This document shows positions 59,460 through 64,000 of a stretch of DNA of 64,000 bases, piece after piece. Each line of letters opens with the position of its first letter. Position 1 is the first letter of the stretch. The stretch lies in assembly GCA_964016885.1 (NCBI GenBank), contig OZ024741.1, forward strand, positions 371,318,001-371,382,000. The letters are read 5' to 3'. Position numbers and translations under genes: made by a program. This stretch comes from Eledone cirrhosa. Lineage: Eukaryota. Under the pieces are notes generated by a model. That model saw only the letters and a list, made by a program, of their open reading frames with translations. It was not told the DNA's origin and searched no databases.

Positions 59460-60735
59460 GTAGATGACAGGTTCGAGACCCTCAGGGGATTCTTTCCACT
59501 TGCTTCAGTGAAATTACAATTACATGCAGAGTGTCCTGCACTAGCTTTCTCGAGAGGATGAATGTCACTCTTCACAAAACTAATTTTCATTCCTGCCATG
59601 CAACACTCGGCAGCAAACCTATTGAGTACATGTCGAAGATCACCTACCATCAAGTTAAATAACATCAAGTCATCTGTAAATATCAGCCGACTGGTTCTAT
59701 ACCCGCAGGTTTTGATACCACTTCCAACTTAGCTGCGAATTTCAATCCTGTCCATGAACATGATGAACAGGAGAGGTGGCAATGGGCTCTTTTGGCGGAG
59801 TCCGACACCCACATTTAATGATTTCAAATTAACTCCATTTATCTGAACACAACTACTAGAGCACTCGAATAGGGATTTTAAGGCAACAAGAAGCTATCCA
59901 TCGATCCCATACTCAGAACCTTCCACACTATGTCCCATAAAATGCGGTTGTGCGAATATTTAGTTGGTTGTGCACGTGGCCTTGTGGTAAGGGTGTTGGA
60001 CATACGATCGTAATGTCGTGGGTTCGATTCCTGGACTGGGTTGCATGTCGTTTTCTTGAGCAAAATACTTCATTTCACGTTGCTCCAGTATACTCAGCTG
60101 AAAATGAATACCAGCAATAGCTGGGGGTTTAACTGGCGTACAAAACTCTCCGTTACGTCCTGTCCAGGGGAGAGTCTTGTACTCTCAGTCGCTTCACGCC
60201 ATGGAACCTGGATAAGCACCGGCTCAACGAGGACATGTATGCATGCTGCGTCCGGGGGGAGACTACACAACCTCCCCCACATCTCTTTGCTAGACACTTA
60301 GCGCAGATTTTACCTAAGAGGCTTAAGAAGAAGATCCCGCTATAATTGTGAGTAATCTCTCTTGTCTTTCTTTTTGAGAATTGGGGTTATCACTCCTGAT
60401 TGCCATTAAGTGCCTTTCCAGAGATTTAGCCCACCCGGCACATACGAATCACCGGCCAGAGATACTTTCCCTATTAAAGATTTTTAACATCTCTGGCCGA
60501 AATTCAACCTCCCCAGAGTGTTTTAATTGTTCTGGTGACCTCAACTTCTAAAACATTAGTCTTCACCCCTAGATGTACCTCATGTATATCAAAAGATGTT
60601 GTAACAGGATTTAGGAGATCAGTAAAGTATTCTCTCCACCTCGCGAGGATGCACCTCTCTTTAGAGAGAAGAACCCCAAGCGAATTTCTGATAGAAGGAG
60701 TGGAAGAAGATTTCTTATTACGGATGGTTGCCTAA
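59460..60735 (-). mobile_element. Decayed LINE RT fragment interrupted by a SINE (59970-60240)
   Basis: NYSGI..LSLLGKIYAK (60290-60350); GVRQ..PLLFIMFMDRI and LIFTDDL..FAAEC..AGMKIS (59570-59810). Confidence 0.65.
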
Positions 60736-62319
60736 ATACTGTTTTTTTCCTTTTTAAATTAATACTCCTAAAGTGAGTGTTTGTTTTCTAATCGCTTGGA
60801 TAATCTCGTGTGTAGAGCCCTATCGTATGTGTATTTATTATGCAGAATATTCCCCTAAGGTATTTTCCCTTAGCTCTTTGTTTATAATTTCCGTTGATTT
60901 TTTTTCTTCTGGTAGAATAATTTCCATTCTTGCGTGCTAGAACATCTTTTCCCTACACACACACACACACATCTATCACAACACACATACACATAGCCAT
61001 GCGCGCACGCACACATATACACACACAAACATCTATGTAAACTACTGCTGCTGCTGCTGCTGCTAGTAGTAGTAATAGTAGTAGTAGTAGTAGTAGTAGT
61101 AGTTGTAGAAGAAGAAGAAGAAGAAGAAGATATTTCTAAAATACAATACGCAGCATCGCAACTTTTTCCTGCTTCAAATCCTTGTTTCATAAAAGAATTA
61201 CTAAGTCGATATATTTACCAATGAAATACTAGAAAAAACTGTAAACGACTATGTTTTCTCCGACACTAAAATTGCTTGCCTTGTACCTAATCTGTAGAGA
61301 GGCGGATACCATGCTTTGCGGTATAGAGTTACGACCCTTTACGTTCTGAAATCAAATCCTGTCGAGGTCAAATCGATAAAATCAAGTACAGTAACCTATC
61401 GGGGTCGATTTAATCGCCTTTCCTCTCACCCAAAATTATTGGCCGTGTGCCTAAATCAGAAACCATTATTATAGGGTGGAGGGTGGTGTATTGGCAGTAT
61501 CGGTAGAGCGTCGGACACCATGTTTTGCAGTATAGAGTTATGGCCCTTTACGTTCTGAGTTTAAATACTGCCGAGGTTAACTTTACCTTTCATCCTCACA
61601 GGGTCGATAAAATAAAGCACCAGTAATGCACTGGGGAAATTGCTGGCCTTGTGCCAAAAGTAGAAACAATTATTATAGGGCGGTGGATGGCAGTATCAGT
61701 AGAGCGTCGTACAACTGTTTTGTGGCATATAGTTATATACCTTTATGGAACAGCCAAAGTTTAAAAAATAATGACAGCAACAGCAACAACAACTCTGCAC
61801 GGGAAAAGTACAACAACGATAACACAAATAACAACATAAACAACAACATAAACAACAACAATAACAACATGAACAACATAAAATACAACAATAACAACAT
61901 GAACAATACGACATTTGCAGTAACGGCGGCAAAAGCCAAACAAATGTTCAATATGAAGTTAATAGACAAAAACTCTTGTTTGACATGAGTGGCCAAACTT
62001 GGCAATAAAAAGTAAGTTACAACCATTTTTTTTTGTTTTCGTTAATCAGCGCAATAGTAAACGAGATATACAGTGAAAAATGTAGATTCTACCAAATACT
62101 CATTCTCTCCCATATACAAATACACCAGGTCCGAACACAAAAGAACCAAACTCCCTCTGTCACCGCCTCCGTCTCTCTCGCTCTCTCCATCTCTATTGTG
62201 AGAAAATGGGGGCCCACGCGCTGGCTACCTCGCGGTCGCGGTGGACTGGCCGTCCTGCGGCCTCGGCGGACAGAATAGAGAAAGCGTTTCCCCGGAGCAT
62301 AGTGAAGGAGACGCGCTGG

Positions 62320-63850
62320 AGAAACTTGTCAAATAAGACAAGATTTTGGCCAACGTAGCCGTGCAAACCGAGGTGTGGGAAGCAACCGCCAAAAAAATGT
62401 TTGAAATACAGATGTATTTTGGCAAAACACCAGTCAGCCGGAGTTCATCAGCTCCCTACCAGAAGTAGAAAGAGCACTGAAGGACTTATTGCCGGACATC
62501 CAGCACATTGCTAGAGTCAGGAAATTTGGAACCAATTCAATGCTCTTCAAAAGTAAAGTTCTGGCTGTAAAGCACTTGTGGTGAAGGTCAGGATTTCAGG
62601 AATCCCGGTGATGTTAGATATCACTAACACCAACAATAACAACAGCAGAAGCAACACCACCACACCAACACCATTAAGAAAAGCAACAAACGTCAAAAAA
62701 AGCCAGGAGGTTCGCCTAGAGAAGCTCTCCCTCTCCCTAGCTGTCTCTAAGTATAGACACACACTCCCACCCATATCCAAGACAGATTCCGCAGACATAG
62801 TTACTCCTTCATCTCAAAATGAAGATTAATGGGGACACCAAAGGCAGAAAAAAAGATAACACAAAAAACACAACTTGCCTCACACCAACACACACACCAG
62901 AAAACATAGACAACACGCCCCAGCAATGACAGACATACCAAACCCATCAACACCATAACCGGCAACACAACCACTACTATCACTACCAGTGCTACCAACG
63001 TTAACACAACCACAGCTACCCACAAAGAGAAAACACACAAAACAACAACAACCAAATACAGAGACACCGAAATTAGTGTTAGTGAAGAAGGCCAACGAAG
63101 AATTGACGGCCCTCATAGCACGAAGTCAGGATATTGAGAGAGAAGGAGAAATGTTGGGCACCAGAACGTTTAAAGTGCCACAAATCTAATGATGCGGCGC
63201 ATGTCTCTTAAGACATACAAAAACATTAGCGAGAGCTTCCCAACGACATGGGAAACCCTAATGAAAAAACCACGAGTAGGCTTTTAAAGATATGGAGGTC
63301 GAACCATCCGATCTCCAGCAGCACCGGGAGGGCAAATATGTCCCTTTATTCTCTTAACTCTTTCCGGCCAACATAGTAATTTAAAGAGTAGGTTGCATAA
63401 ATGTACGTGACCTGGGGTCGTCCTGAAAGTAAGGTCGCTTCCTAAAACGGCATCAGAGCACTAGCTATAGATGTTTAGCCGTCAGCGAGACCAGGATTTC
63501 CGACATACACGCACGACTGAGACAGCCGGATTTCTTTACGCGCCTGAAAGCCTTTCTTGGGACGTCTTGTATTTAGCGGGGGGGGGGGGGGGGCTGGAAC
63601 TGTGGGGAGTAGCCGATAGAAGCAGGAGGTGCAAAAGCCTCAAGAACCCGATCTGACGACTAATTTTCCGATTGTGCCAGTGTAGACCTGGACTAATCAA
63701 ATATGATCATCCAGACCACATTTTGATAGGTTTTTTTTTGTTAGCCGATAGGGATAGCGTAGGTTGTTCACAATTTCAAACAGTCGACTACTCAGACCAC
63801 AAATTTGACAGAGCCCCGATTGCTAGAAGTTTAATGCATCGTTCGTGGTG
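62320..63850 (+). mobile_element. Decayed Tx1/L1-like element: ORF1 remnant plus APE endonuclease
   Basis: VKVRISGIP (62581); RVGCINVRDLG (~63385); AVSETRI (~63480); VDYSDHKF (~63785); many stops and frameshifts. Confidence 0.6.
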
Positions 63851-64000
63851 CGAAAAGTCCACAGAAACCGAAATAGTACATTAGTTAAGCACCAGTTTTA
63901 CGTGCATATATTAGACTTGTTTTCCGATATCCTCAAAGTTGTCTACTGGAACTGGCTGCAGAAGGGGGAATTTCAAGCTCTGTATGTCGGCGTGTAGTAA

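Noticed and set aside
61626-62026. Asn-rich / Leu-rich ORFs
   Set aside because: (AAC)n-type repeat following SINE sequence.

Overview
Eukaryotic, AT-rich and almost entirely repetitive DNA. The microsatellite load and SINE families suggest an Octopus/coleoid cephalopod; this is inferred from sequence style, not a database hit. No conventional host gene is evident, and most ORF-track entries are (TA)n/(CA)n translation artefacts. The window holds decayed non-LTR retrotransposons (RTE, CRE-like, R4/Dong-like RLE, Tx1/L1-like), three Penelope-like (GIY-YIG) remnants, many tRNA-derived SINEs, hAT MITEs, pogo and Helitron-type ends, and a 200-N gap. The main hidden signal is non-coding: about 30 type I hammerhead ribozyme (HHR) motifs in roughly a dozen unrelated sequence families. 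These include a 420-475 bp tandem 'satellite' with one HHR per monomer (13 copies; non-LTR retrozyme architecture), a 318 bp repeat with a compensatory U3-A8 catalytic core, and HHRs in Penelope pLTRs. Almost every such insert shows a fold-back inversion and sits in (TA)n. Separately, a (TA)n-bounded 3.6 kb island (20961-24562) carries an apparently intact 3-exon SGNH-fold gene with 57-58 nt introns and a convergent BACK-like ORF. All folds and splice models were made by eye and have not been computed or tested.
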